Source: Candidatus Binatia bacterium (GTDB lineage: Bacteria; Desulfobacterota; Binatia; Bin18). From it: DNA of 64,000 nt. Below are positions 28,738 to 38,920 of this stretch, one piece after another (the stretch's first letter is position 1; each line of letters opens with the position of its first letter). Location of the stretch: contig OY761159.2 of the NCBI GenBank assembly GCA_963664395.2, positions 2,592,001-2,656,000 on the forward strand, read 5' to 3'. The notes under the pieces were generated by a model. The model did no database searches. It had not been told where the DNA came from and saw only the letters and a list, made by a program, of their open reading frames with translations. The translations under genes were made by a program, and so were the position numbers.

Positions 28738-30153
28738 ATGACAGAGCCAATCTCCCTTCCAACCTGGGTCGTGGCGGTGGCCGCTGCCCTGGTCCTGTGG
28801 GCGGTGCTCGACCGCCTGATTGTGCCCAGCACCCGATGGCTTTTCCGCCGGCGCGCCAGTCGTGTGATCGACGAGCTCAATACCCGTCTCCCCCTGCAAA
28901 TCCCTCTTTTCCAACGGACAAAACGCCAGGTGCTGATGGATCGCCTGACGGCCGACCCCGCGGTCATGGAGGCGGTCGAGACCGAGGCGCAGCAGTCCGA
29001 GCGGCCGCGCGCCGTCCTGCTGCGCGAGGTCAAGCGCTATGCGCGTGAGATTGTCCCGTCGTTCAACGTCTACGTCTATTTCCGCCTTGGCTATTACCTC
29101 GCCCGGCGCCTGCTGCAAGTGCTCTATCGCGTCCGCCTCGGCTATGCCGACGACGCAGCGCTGGCCCGCATCGCGCCCAACGCGAGCGTCGTGTTTCTGA
29201 TGAATCACCGCAGCAATGCGGATTACCTCCTCGTCGCCTACCTGGCCGCGCATCGCGCCGCCTTGAGCTATGCGGTGGGCGAATGGGCGCGGACCTGGCC
29301 CCTGCAGTCCTTGATTAAATCGCTCGGCGGGTTCTTCGTGCGGCGGGCATCCGATAATCCGCTCTACCGCCGCGTATTGGCGCGCTACGTGCAGATGGCG
29401 ACCGCCGGCGGGGTCGTGCAGGCGGTCTACCCCGAGGGCCGCTTGACCCGCGACGGGCATCTCGGCCCGCCCCGGCTCGGCCTCCTCAGCTACATGGTCT
29501 CGGCGTTCGACCCCCAGGGGGAGCGCGACCTCGTGTTCATCCCGGTGGGGATCAATTACGACCGGGTACTGGAAGATCGCACTCTGGTGCGCGCACTCGA
29601 TTCGACGGCCATGCCACGCAGCAGGACGGACACGGTCGTCACCTTTCTCCGGTTTCTCGGCCACAATGTGCACCTGCTGCTGGCGTGGCGCTGGTATCGC
29701 TTCGGGTATGCCTGCGTCACCTTTGGCACGCCGATTTCCATGCGCGCCTATACCGCGCGCACCAAGACCGATTTTCGCCGTTTGGACGCAGCGACGCGTT
29801 TTGAGGCCATAGAGCGGCTGGGCCGCGAAGTGTTCGCCGCTATTGCTGCGGCCATTCCGGCCTTGCCGGTGCCGCTCATCGCGACCGTATTTCTCCACCA
29901 TCCCCACACCGCCATGAGCGCACTCGAGATCAAGGCGCATGCCCAGGCCCTTCTTACCGCCCTCGAACAGCGCGGGGCATATGTCCATATCCCGCGGGCC
30001 GACCACGACTATGCGACCACAGTGGGGTTGCGGATGCTGGTCCTGCGGCACGTGGTGCAGGAATCGGACGGGCTTTACCGAGCGCGCGCTGCCGAGCACG
30101 ACCTGCTGCGCTACTACGCCAACTCGATAGCGCACTTCCTGCCCGAACCGTGA
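28738..30153 (+). CDS. Glycerol-3-phosphate/1-acyl-G3P acyltransferase (PlsB-like) family protein
   Basis: N-terminal TM segment; NHRSNAD (HxxxxD), [25 protein letters not shown]. Confidence 0.85.
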   Translation: MTEPISLPTWVVAVAAALVLWAVLDRLIVPSTRWLFRRRASRVIDELNTRLPLQIPLFQRTKRQVLMDRLTADPAVMEAVETEAQQSERPRAVLLREVKRYAREIVPSFNVYVYFRLGYYLARRLLQVLYRVRLGYADDAALARIAPNASVVFLMNHRSNADYLLVAYLAAHRAALSYAVGEWARTWPLQSLIKSLGGFFVRRASDNPLYRRVLARYVQMATAGGVVQAVYPEGRLTRDGHLGPPRLGLLSYMVSAFDPQGERDLVFIPVGINYDRVLEDRTLVRALDSTAMPRSRTDTVVTFLRFLGHNVHLLLAWRWYRFGYACVTFGTPISMRAYTARTKTDFRRLDAATRFEAIERLGREVFAAIAAAIPALPVPLIATVFLHHPHTAMSALEIKAHAQALLTALEQRGAYVHIPRADHDYATTVGLRMLVLRHVVQESDGLYRARAAEHDLLRYYANSIAHFLPEP

Positions 30154-30185
30154 GGGCTCCATGCGCAGACGCAGGTCCTGTCCTC

Positions 30186-30213
30186 TGTCCGAGCAAACGG
30201 GGGTTTTGCGACA
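30186..30213. other. Candidate res-type inverted repeat upstream of the resolvase fragment
   Basis: TGTCcgagcAAACgggGGTTTTgcGACA imperfect inverted repeat about 90 bp upstream of the resolvase start. Confidence 0.4.
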
Positions 30214-30301
30214 CAGCGCTAAGACGGGCAGGGGAGGGGGACTGAAGCGGGGGAGATGTGTGCTATTTACCCGTCTCGGGAATCTATGTCTTGTATACTC
30301 G

Positions 30302-30510
30302 ATGACACGCGATAAAAATGGGATTCAGCCGACCGGCAGGACGATTGGCTATGCTCGGGTCAGTACGATGGAGCAGGATCTGCGCATGCAGGTGGATGCG
30401 CTGAAGGCCCAGGGGTGTCCGGATGAGTTGATCTTTGTGGATAAGGCATCGGGAGCGAAGGCGGGTCGGCCCGGTTTGACGAAGTGCCTGGAGACGCTGC
30501 AATCCGGCGG
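30302..30510 (+). pseudogene. Truncated serine recombinase (resolvase) N-terminal fragment
   Basis: [47 protein letters not shown]; homology ends before the expected DRLxR motif and HTH domain. Confidence 0.85.
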
Positions 30511-30521
30511 TCTGCTCCTGT

Positions 30522-30549
30522 CGGATTACGCTGCGCTCATCCGACCTAC
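30522..30549 (-). repeat. GTAG-family REP element
   Basis: Minus strand GTAGGTCGGATGAGCGCAGCGTAATCCG. Confidence 0.75.
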
Positions 30550-30554
30550 GGATC

Positions 30555-31583
30555 TCAGCCGAACTGCGGCATGACCTGGCTGGCGAACAACTCCATTGAA
30601 CGCTCGGACTGAGCCTGAGTGAGACTGCCCCAGGCGAACGACACCAGAATATAGTTGCAGCCGCTGGCCTCGAAGAAATTGGCAATCTCGTCCTGCACCC
30701 GGCTGGGAGAGCCGACTATCGCAACGTCCAGACTTCGGGCGACCTGGAGGTCGGGCGTGAACAGGGTGTGGGCCACGCCGAAGTCGAGCCACAGCTTTTC
30801 AATGTTGGCGTAGTAATCTTTATACGCCGGGGTGGCGATGGCTTCGGCTTCCTGGTCGGTGCCTGCCACAAAGACATGTCGGAACGCGCCCATTTTTGGC
30901 GTTTCGAGGTGTGGGTTGAGGTTCAGTGGATTGTCTCGATTGTGTGACCACATCTCTTTGTACTGGGCGGTCAGATCCTTGAGACCGTTGTTTGGTCCGC
31001 CGCTCGCCATATGCATGCCGCGCTCGGCGGCAAAGCGGAGGCTGTTCGGGTTGACCACCCCGTACCAAAAGGGTGGGTTGGGCGTTTGCTTGGGGTGCAG
31101 CTCCATCGGCACATCGGCGCATTGGTAATACTTGCCTGCGTATGTGAGTCGCTCCTGGTGCAGGCCGGCGCTGACCATCTCCAGCGCTTCTTCAAACATC
31201 GCCCGCGAGTGCAGAAACGGTACCTCAAAATAGGCCTGCTCAAACGGCGACACACCCCGTCCGACCCCGATTTCCAGGCGGCCGTTGCTCATATGATCGA
31301 GCATGCAGATTTCACTGATCAGTCGCAGCGGATGATACAGCGGCAGCAAATACACCAGCGGTCCCAAACGAATGCGCTTGGTGTGTTGTATGGCCGCCGA
31401 CAGGAAGACCCCCGGAGACGGCGCCATGCCCAGCGGCGTGGCGTGGTGTTCGGCCAGGTGATAGCCGTAAAAGCCGGCTTCATCAGCCATCTTGAGGAGT
31501 CGCAGGCGCCCGTCATACAGTTCACCCAGCGAGTCCGCTCTGCGTTCCAAGTGATCAAAAATTCCAAAATCTACAGTGCTCAT
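30555..31583 (-). CDS. LLM-class flavin-dependent oxidoreductase
   Basis: [30 protein letters not shown]. Confidence 0.92.
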   Translation of the reverse strand: MSTVDFGIFDHLERRADSLGELYDGRLRLLKMADEAGFYGYHLAEHHATPLGMAPSPGVFLSAAIQHTKRIRLGPLVYLLPLYHPLRLISEICMLDHMSNGRLEIGVGRGVSPFEQAYFEVPFLHSRAMFEEALEMVSAGLHQERLTYAGKYYQCADVPMELHPKQTPNPPFWYGVVNPNSLRFAAERGMHMASGGPNNGLKDLTAQYKEMWSHNRDNPLNLNPHLETPKMGAFRHVFVAGTDQEAEAIATPAYKDYYANIEKLWLDFGVAHTLFTPDLQVARSLDVAIVGSPSRVQDEIANFFEASGCNYILVSFAWGSLTQAQSERSMELFASQVMPQFG

Positions 31584-31610
31584 GATTGCTCCTTTGTGCC
31601 TCTGAATCCA

Positions 31611-32576
31611 CTAGCCCATCCGAGGTAACACATAGTCAGTGAACTGCATAAAGCTTTCATGGCTGAGCGGTGCGCCGATGATATAGTCCAAGTGGATTTC
31701 TTCACGCAGGCGGGTGAGTTCGTCTACCACCTTCTCCGGCGTGCCGTGAATGACCACGTCATCAACATAGCGTTGGACAGGGTCTCCGTCGCCATACATC
31801 TCGGGTGGAACATAGCTATTAACCAGCCACTGTGCCCCCTGGCGGGCGACTTCGGTTGCTTTTTCTTGGGTTGAGGCAATGGCGAGGAGACGCGCCATAG
31901 GCGTCTGGCGGCCTTCAATGGTATGGCCGTGGCGGGTGAGCGTGTCCCGATACAGTTCCCATTTGTGGCCCAATTCCGCATGGGTGGCGTGCGGGTCCAT
32001 GAGAATCGAATATCCGACGGAAGCGGCCCACTCGATGGCCGCCGGCGAAGATGCCGCGGTCCACACGGGTGGATGCGGTTGTTGTAATGGTTTGGGCAGG
32101 ACTTCGACATTATCAAAAGAGAAATACTTGCCCGCATAAGTCAGGCGGTCAGTGGTCCAGGCTTTGAGCACAATGTCTACGGTTTCCCGAAAGCGGGCGT
32201 GGCTTTCCTCGACGGGCACCCCGAAGGCTTGAAACTCTTTCAGGTCAAAGCCGCGCCCGGCCCCCCAATTCACCCGGCCGCCCGACAGTATATCGAGCAG
32301 GGCGATTTCCTCGGCCAGCCGGAGCGGGTGGTAGAAGCCGGCCAGGCACACGCCGGCCCCGATGCGGATATTCTTGGTGCGGGCCGCGGCGTACGTCCCG
32401 ATGACCGGGATCGAAGGGCACACACTATAGTCGTTGAAATGGTGTTCGGTCAGCCAGACCGCATCATACCCGTTTTGGTCCATGATCTCGATGCGTTCCA
32501 AACCGCGTTGATACACGGTCGCAATCTCGGTCCGACGTTCCGGCCAGCTAAAAAATTGGAGGATGCCAAATTTCAC
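31611..32576 (-). CDS. LLM-class flavin-dependent oxidoreductase
   Basis: GAGGAG RBS plus GTG 32576; WLTEHHF, HPLRLAEEIALLD, PKPLQQPHPP. Confidence 0.92.
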   Translation of the reverse strand: MKFGILQFFSWPERRTEIATVYQRGLERIEIMDQNGYDAVWLTEHHFNDYSVCPSIPVIGTYAAARTKNIRIGAGVCLAGFYHPLRLAEEIALLDILSGGRVNWGAGRGFDLKEFQAFGVPVEESHARFRETVDIVLKAWTTDRLTYAGKYFSFDNVEVLPKPLQQPHPPVWTAASSPAAIEWAASVGYSILMDPHATHAELGHKWELYRDTLTRHGHTIEGRQTPMARLLAIASTQEKATEVARQGAQWLVNSYVPPEMYGDGDPVQRYVDDVVIHGTPEKVVDELTRLREEIHLDYIIGAPLSHESFMQFTDYVLPRMG

Positions 32577-32688
32577 GCAGTTCTCCTCAGCGTCGGTTGA
32601 GTAGTCCACCGCAGTGTAGCGTGATCGGGGGATAAGTCTGCCCCCTCCTCACTGGTGGTTCCAGAGTAATTTTTCGACCGGCCTTGAT

Positions 32689-32708
32689 TTAACTGTCCGT
32701 TCGGTTAA
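32689..32708. promoter_or_regulatory. Candidate TetR operator
   Basis: TTAAC-tgtccgttcg-GTTAA palindrome 12 bp upstream of the tetR ATG. Confidence 0.6.
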
Positions 32709-32720
32709 TTATTGTCCCTC

Positions 32721-33416
32721 ATGGCTCGCCCCATCAAAACACCCTCGTCGCCGGACTACCGCGCCAGGATTGGAACGGTGGCTGAAGCGCTGTTTGCCGA
32801 ACGTGGTTTTGACGGCGCCTCGATTCGGGAGATTGCCGAGCAGGCCGGCGCGACCAAGGCCCTCATCTATCACTACTACGCCAATAAAGAGGCGCTGTAT
32901 CAGACCCTGCTTGAGGACGCGGTGAGCGGCGTGGTCACGCAGATTGAGGCGATTGCCGCGGACGGGAGCGAGCCCGAGACACAGATTCGGGCCGTGGTGC
33001 AGGTATTCATTGACGCCTATCATGACGCGCCGCACCGGTTTCAGATGGTACAACGCACCATTGACGACCATCACGCGATTGCCGCCGTGCTGGCCGACCG
33101 CTGGTTCTCGCGGGCGCACCGCGCCCTGCAGTCCGTTGTGGCGCGCGGCGTACGGCAGGGCAGTCTGAAGCCGCTGCCGGTCCGGATGGTGCCGTTTGCC
33201 GTCATCGGCCTCGTTATTCACACCCTGCGGGGACAGAAACTCGTGGGCCATGTGGACCCGCAACTGTCCGGCGAGCAGGTGCTGAGCGCTCTGCCGGACC
33301 TGGTCCTGGCCCTGCTCACCGCCGAGTCCGGTCAGACAAAAATCGGACGGCGGGGGGCACGCCCGTCTCGGAGACGATCTCCGAATCAAACCATACGCAC
33401 GGCCAAGAATTCATAG
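32721..33416 (+). CDS. TetR/AcrR-family transcriptional regulator
   Basis: AEALFAERGFDGASIREIAEQAGATKALIYHYYANKEALY HTH. Confidence 0.93.
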   Translation: MARPIKTPSSPDYRARIGTVAEALFAERGFDGASIREIAEQAGATKALIYHYYANKEALYQTLLEDAVSGVVTQIEAIAADGSEPETQIRAVVQVFIDAYHDAPHRFQMVQRTIDDHHAIAAVLADRWFSRAHRALQSVVARGVRQGSLKPLPVRMVPFAVIGLVIHTLRGQKLVGHVDPQLSGEQVLSALPDLVLALLTAESGQTKIGRRGARPSRRRSPNQTIRTAKNS

Positions 33417-33445
33417 CAGGCACGGCGGGCATAGAGGAACACTGC

Positions 33446-35986
33446 ATGGAGTCTATTTTTCGTTCGATCATCCGCTTTCGCTTTCTGGTCATTGCCGCGG
33501 TTTTGGGGGTAACGCTGGCCGCGGCCATGCAGCTTCAATACCTCCGCTTCGAGAGCGACGCCGAATCCATGATCCCCCCCAATGATCCGGTCCTGCACTA
33601 CAACGATGTGGTGGAAGAGCGCTTTGGGATGCTGGACCTCATTATCGTCGGTGTCCTGAACGATAACCCGCAGGAAAACGGGGTCTTCAATCCGCGCACC
33701 CTGGGCATTGTCAAAGAGTTCTCCGAGAAAATTGCGCTCCTGCCCGGTATCAAAGCCGTTCGGGATGAAGACGTGACCAGCGTGGCCACCATGGATAATA
33801 TCACCGGCACCAGCGACGGCATGTCGGTTGATCCCTTCATGGAAGAGCCGCCGCGCTCGGCCGAAGCCCTGGCCGCGTTGAAGGAAGCCCTGTTTGACAA
33901 TGCCATGTTTGTGGACTGGGTGGTATCGCGCGACGGCACCGGTCTGCTCATTATGGCCAGGATGGAATCGTCCGAGGGGACGCTTGAGGGGGTCGCCCGG
34001 CGGTCGGCAATCTACAAAACCATCCGTGACATGATCCGGGAAAAAGAGGCGGCCGGCGTGCCCGAGCAGTTCCATATTGCCGGTCGCGGGGCTATGGAGG
34101 TGACCTTCTCCGAAGACGCCCGGAGCGACATGGAACTCTTCATGCCGCTGGTCCTGTGCATTGTCCTCGGCACGCTGTATCTGACCTATCGCAGTCTGCG
34201 CGGCGTCCTCCTGCCGTTCGCCGTGGTGATCATCTCCGTCATCTGGAGCATGGGCCTGATGGCCTGGGTCGAGGTACCCATGTATTTCGTCTCGACCATG
34301 ATGCCGGTCACGCTGATGGCGATCGGGGTGGCCTACGGCATTCATATTCTCAGCCGCTACTACGACGAAATCCTCAGTCAAGCCGAACCGGACGCAAACG
34401 CAGCCGTCATGGCGGCCATGCGGGAAATGTGGAAGCCGGTGGTGTTTACGGCCCTGACGACCGCGGCCGGCTTTCTGTCCTTTCTGACCGCGGCCATGGT
34501 GCCCATCCGCTACTTCGGCGTGTTTACCTCGGTCGGGGTTCTGGCGGCAATGGTGGTCTCGCTGACGTTTTTTCCCGCGGTGCTGAGCCTGCTGTCGCCT
34601 CGGGTCGGGCGGGGCCTGCGGCGACAAATGAAGCGGGGCGGCGACCTTGCAGCCACCGGCTGGGCCGCGCGTATCCTTTCCAGTCTGGGCCGGGGTGTCG
34701 CCCGGCGGCCGTTGCTGGTGTGGAGCATAACGGTTGGCAGTATGCTCGTCTGTCTGCTCGGCCTCCAGCGCCTGTCCGTCGACTCGTCATGGATTGATGT
34801 GTTCCACCAGCAGAGCCCGATTCGTATCGGCGACGAGGTCCTGCGAGAGAAGTTTCAGGGCACGTTGCCCGTGTATGTGGCCATCGAAGGCCACGAACCC
34901 GACCTGCTCAAAGACCCGGTCCTGCTGCGTAAGCTTGACCGGCTGCAAGCCGAGATTGAGCAGGACCCCATTGTGGGTGGGTCGCTGTCGATTGCCGAGT
35001 TCATCAAACGCATGAACCGGGTCATGAACGAGGATCGAGAGGAGATGGAAGTCATCCCCGACTCGCGCGATCTGGTCGCCCAATACCTGCTGCTGTACTC
35101 ATTCTCCGGAGACCCGGACGATTTCGATGAGGTGGTCGATTATGACTATCAGCACGCCAACGTGTCGTTTTTTCTGCGCTCGGACCACAGCTCCGACATC
35201 GAGCGCGTGATCGACCGGATTCAGGACTTTGTGGTCCGGGAATTCGGACTGGCCGAGGGGAACGGCGATAAGGCGGGCGAGCACGATCCGCTGACGGTGC
35301 GGTTCGGGCGCTGGCTGGCCGGTATCTCGCCCACGGTCATTGGCTGGGAGACCAAGAGCGGCTTCTGGATCGGCTTTGCCGGGCAGGGCTATATGAGCAA
35401 CCGCTTCAGCGAGCTGGTCGTGTCCGGTCAGTTGACCAGCCTGGTCACCTCGCTGCTGGCGGTGTTTCTGCTCACTACCTGCATGTTCCGCTCCGTGGTT
35501 GCCGGTCTGATCAATATCATTCCCATCAGCGCGGTGATGGTGTTCAGCTTTGGCCTCATGGGGCTGCTCGGTATTCCCCTCGAAGTGGGAAAATCCATGA
35601 CCGCCTCCATGGTGATCGGGATCGGGATCGACTACACCATCCACTTTCTGAATAAATATCAACTGAAAACCAAAGGCGGCCTGGTCGATCCGGAGCAGAT
35701 TACCGTGGCCACGATGGCCACCTCGGGCAAAGCCATTTTCTTTAATGCGGCCGTGGTGGTCGGCGGCTTCCTGGTCTTTCTGACCTCTAACTTCAAGCCC
35801 AATTTCTATCTCGGAGCGATGATGGCGCTGAACATGGGCGCCTGCCTGCTGGCCTCAATGACGCTCCTGCCGGCCATCCTGAATACGTTCAAGCCGCGTT
35901 TTGTGTATGGCACCACGCCGTCGCCCGCTCCGCCGACGAGAACGGACTATGTAGTTTCAACTCCACACGAGAAGGAGACAGTATGA
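33446..35986 (+). CDS. MMPL/RND-superfamily transporter
   Basis: 846 aa with two repeats of TM + periplasmic loop + 5 TM; AIGVAYGIH, GIGIDYTIHF, TALTTAAGF, SGKAIFFNA. Confidence 0.9.
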   Translation: MESIFRSIIRFRFLVIAAVLGVTLAAAMQLQYLRFESDAESMIPPNDPVLHYNDVVEERFGMLDLIIVGVLNDNPQENGVFNPRTLGIVKEFSEKIALLPGIKAVRDEDVTSVATMDNITGTSDGMSVDPFMEEPPRSAEALAALKEALFDNAMFVDWVVSRDGTGLLIMARMESSEGTLEGVARRSAIYKTIRDMIREKEAAGVPEQFHIAGRGAMEVTFSEDARSDMELFMPLVLCIVLGTLYLTYRSLRGVLLPFAVVIISVIWSMGLMAWVEVPMYFVSTMMPVTLMAIGVAYGIHILSRYYDEILSQAEPDANAAVMAAMREMWKPVVFTALTTAAGFLSFLTAAMVPIRYFGVFTSVGVLAAMVVSLTFFPAVLSLLSPRVGRGLRRQMKRGGDLAATGWAARILSSLGRGVARRPLLVWSITVGSMLVCLLGLQRLSVDSSWIDVFHQQSPIRIGDEVLREKFQGTLPVYVAIEGHEPDLLKDPVLLRKLDRLQAEIEQDPIVGGSLSIAEFIKRMNRVMNEDREEMEVIPDSRDLVAQYLLLYSFSGDPDDFDEVVDYDYQHANVSFFLRSDHSSDIERVIDRIQDFVVREFGLAEGNGDKAGEHDPLTVRFGRWLAGISPTVIGWETKSGFWIGFAGQGYMSNRFSELVVSGQLTSLVTSLLAVFLLTTCMFRSVVAGLINIIPISAVMVFSFGLMGLLGIPLEVGKSMTASMVIGIGIDYTIHFLNKYQLKTKGGLVDPEQITVATMATSGKAIFFNAAVVVGGFLVFLTSNFKPNFYLGAMMALNMGACLLASMTLLPAILNTFKPRFVYGTTPSPAPPTRTDYVVSTPHEKETV

Positions 35987-36786
35987 AGACCTTATGGATA
36001 ATCGGACTGGGATGCTGGGTGCTGAGTGCGGCTCCGCTTGCCTCTGCCCAGGAAGTCCCCGGTGAGCCCACCGGACGCGAAATTGCCGTCATGGTTGACG
36101 AGCGTGAAGACGGCGACGATCAAATCTCCGAGGCCGTCTGGACGCTGACCAATAGCAAGGGCAAGACGCGCAAGCGCGATACCCTGCGCTACTGGAAAGA
36201 CTATGAGGGCCAGGAGGGGCTGTCGAGCAAAACTTTTGTCTATTTTGAGTCCCCGCCGGATGTCAAAGACACCACCTTTCTCAACTGGTCGCAGGAAGAC
36301 GCCGAGGCCGACGACGACCAGTGGATCTACCTGCCGGCCCTGCGCAAGGTGCGCCGGATTGCCTCCGGAGATAAAGAAAACTCCTTTATGGGCACCGATC
36401 TCATCTACGATGACATGGGGGACCGGGAGGTAGAGGAGGATACGCACAAGCTGCTGCGCGTCGAGCAGAACAATGGCACCAAGTTCTATATCCTGGAGTC
36501 CGTACCCACCAAGGAGAATTACATCTACAGCAAAAAGCTCCGCTGGATAAACGCCGAGAACCTGACCGAACCCAGAATTGAATTTTACGACCGCAAAGAC
36601 CGCCTGCTCAAAATCTGGACAACAGAGTGGACGCAGATTGAGGGGATTTGGAACTGGAAACGGACCGTAGTGGAAAATCAACTCACCGGCCATAAGACCG
36701 AGCTGGATATCAGCAATGTTCGATTCAATCAGGGTCTCAAGGAGTCGATTTTTACCGAACGGTCGCTACGCAAGGGCGCGCCCTAG
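35983..36786 (+). CDS. Outer-membrane lipoprotein-sorting (LolA-like) periplasmic protein
   Basis: Signal peptide; FESPPDVKDT, DDQWIYLPALRKVRRI, SFMGTDLIYDD, FTERSL; ATGA overlap with the MMPL gene. Confidence 0.88.
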   Translation: MKTLWIIGLGCWVLSAAPLASAQEVPGEPTGREIAVMVDEREDGDDQISEAVWTLTNSKGKTRKRDTLRYWKDYEGQEGLSSKTFVYFESPPDVKDTTFLNWSQEDAEADDDQWIYLPALRKVRRIASGDKENSFMGTDLIYDDMGDREVEEDTHKLLRVEQNNGTKFYILESVPTKENYIYSKKLRWINAENLTEPRIEFYDRKDRLLKIWTTEWTQIEGIWNWKRTVVENQLTGHKTELDISNVRFNQGLKESIFTERSLRKGAP

Positions 36787-36798
36787 ATTGTTCTCCTT

Positions 36799-38871
36799 AT
36801 GAGCAGCACGCCCACGAGGCTGAAGACCCAGGTCTTCAGCCTGATCGCGATCCTCTGGAAATGGGTAATCGTGCCAACATTTGCCTGTCTGTTGTGGGGC
36901 ACGTTCACCCATTCTGGAGCAGGAACAGCGCTCGCCCAATCCGCCTCTCCCTCGGTCCTGCGTCTCCACAAGGTCCATCTGACTGCCGAGGGGAGTCAGC
37001 GACAGGTGGTGCTGCAATTCTCTCAAGCGCCGAGTGCCGTTCACGCCTTTGCGCTTTCGACTCCAACCCGTCTCGTGATCGACGTCATCGGGCCGGTCCT
37101 GCCGCTCCCCTCAGCGGCCTATCCGGCCAAGGATACGCTCCTGCGCCGTGTCCGGGTGGGTACCCACCCGCAACATCTGCGCTTTGTGCTCGACCTCAAA
37201 GGCGAGAAACTGCCGGCCTTTACCGTCGAACAGCAGGGCAGTCGGGTAAGTGCGGTGCTCCGGACGCCGGACCGGCCGACCCCGGAGGTGAGGGCGCAGA
37301 TACTGTTTGAAAGTCCTGAGGTCCAGCGCCTGACCCAATCGACCCCAGCGCCGGCCGATTCCGGGTCCGAGCCCCCTCGGTCGGAGCAGCAGGTCACAGC
37401 CGCACCGGCTCCACCGCCATCATCGCTGGCACCATCGGCTCCGAAAACGGAGGCCGCGTCAGCCGCTCAGAGGAGTAGCGCGGCCAGTCGTCCGAGCCCC
37501 CCCCGCGCCACTCCGGTTGCTCGGCGGCCTGAGAGAGAGCCTCAACCCGGCTTGTTTCAGACCCTGCGGGATCGCTTGGACGTGACCGGCTTTGTCAAAA
37601 ACGAAACCGCGCTGCGGTTCCACTCGCCGCATCAGTTCTCGAAGTCTCAGAACTGGTTGCAGGCCGAGATTGAGTTTGAACTCACCGATTGGGCCGAACT
37701 CACCATCCTCGGGCGGTCGCTGTTTGACCCGGTCAATCATCTGGAAACCAATATCGATGATTTTCATACCTCCCCCATTGATCGCCTGGAGGCTGGCGAT
37801 TCGTTTCAGGCCGAGCTGCGGGAACTGTATCTCGACCTGCTCTACGATGATTTTGATATCCGTCTGGGCCGGCAACAGATCGTGTGGGGCGAGTCCATCG
37901 GCCTGCGCATCCTTGATGTGATCAACCCGCAGGACTTTCGCGAATTAATTCTGAACGACTTTATTGATGCCCGCATCCCGCTATGGAGTCTGCGGGTGGG
38001 CTACACGCTGAGCGACTGGACGTTTGAGGGCCTGTGGCTGCCCGACTTCGAGGCCAGCCGTCCGGCCGACCAGGGCAGCGAGTTTCAGTTTCGGAACGTT
38101 CCGCTTCCCGCGTTGCCCGTTCAGCCTCCCCCGCCGTTCCCCTCGGTCCAGGTGGGTTCGGTGCATCAACCTGAGGATTGGCGGCTGAGCGATTCCGAGG
38201 TTGGATTTCGGGTGACGCGCTTCATGCGTAATATGGACCTGTCGCTGAACTATTTATACTCCTGGAGCGATTTCCCCGTCCCGTTCCGGCGGGTGCTGGC
38301 CCCCAACGCATTTCGTTTTGAGCCCCGGCATGAGCGCTTCCACCTGATTGGCGGCAGTTTTAACTACGCCTTTGACGTGTTTGTGATTCGCGGTGAGGGA
38401 GGCTTGAGACTCGGGGAACACTTTGTGTCCGGCGATCCACACGACCGCGACGGTATCCGGCAGCGAGAGTTCCTGTCCTATGTCTTAGGGGTGGACTGGA
38501 CGGTGAACGATAATCTCATGGCGAATGTACAGTTCTTCCAGAATGTGATTTTCAATGCGCCCGGAGCGCTTGTTGGCGAGTCCGTTGAGAATGCGGTGTC
38601 GCTCTTCTTGCTGTCCGACTTTATAAACGAAACCCTCCACCCTCAACTGCTGGTGCTGTACGGTATCAACTTTGGCGACCTGCTCATTCGCCCCCAGGTC
38701 CGGTACGATTTCTCGGACTATGTGTCCGCCACCATCGGGGCCGATTTCTTTATCGGCTCGCGCTCCGGTCTGTTCGGCCAGTTTGCTGCTCCCGTACGCA
38801 CCCACGATCGGTACTGGACGGGACGGAACAGTAGACTCTTCCTTGAAGTGAAGCGCTCGTTTGCGCTGTAG
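36799..38871 (+). CDS. AMIN-like domain + Pro/Ala linker + DUF1302-like outer-membrane beta-barrel
   Basis: FALSTPTRLVIDV...VRVG...LRFVLDL (AMIN); LRELYLD..IRLGRQQIVWGES...LDVINPQD; C-terminal LEVKRSF. Confidence 0.75.
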   Translation: MSSTPTRLKTQVFSLIAILWKWVIVPTFACLLWGTFTHSGAGTALAQSASPSVLRLHKVHLTAEGSQRQVVLQFSQAPSAVHAFALSTPTRLVIDVIGPVLPLPSAAYPAKDTLLRRVRVGTHPQHLRFVLDLKGEKLPAFTVEQQGSRVSAVLRTPDRPTPEVRAQILFESPEVQRLTQSTPAPADSGSEPPRSEQQVTAAPAPPPSSLAPSAPKTEAASAAQRSSAASRPSPPRATPVARRPEREPQPGLFQTLRDRLDVTGFVKNETALRFHSPHQFSKSQNWLQAEIEFELTDWAELTILGRSLFDPVNHLETNIDDFHTSPIDRLEAGDSFQAELRELYLDLLYDDFDIRLGRQQIVWGESIGLRILDVINPQDFRELILNDFIDARIPLWSLRVGYTLSDWTFEGLWLPDFEASRPADQGSEFQFRNVPLPALPVQPPPPFPSVQVGSVHQPEDWRLSDSEVGFRVTRFMRNMDLSLNYLYSWSDFPVPFRRVLAPNAFRFEPRHERFHLIGGSFNYAFDVFVIRGEGGLRLGEHFVSGDPHDRDGIRQREFLSYVLGVDWTVNDNLMANVQFFQNVIFNAPGALVGESVENAVSLFLLSDFINETLHPQLLVLYGINFGDLLIRPQVRYDFSDYVSATIGADFFIGSRSGLFGQFAAPVRTHDRYWTGRNSRLFLEVKRSFAL

Positions 38872-38920
38872 GTGGTTATCCGACCGTAAGTCTTGCCATG
38901 TTTCTCTCCAAAAATAAGAA

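Noticed and set aside
28723-30162. 479-aa antisense ORF, and similar long shadows at 33386-34627, 24018-25142 and 16380-17459
   Set aside because: Complementary-frame ORFs typical of high-GC genes; no motifs; they overlap well-supported CDS.
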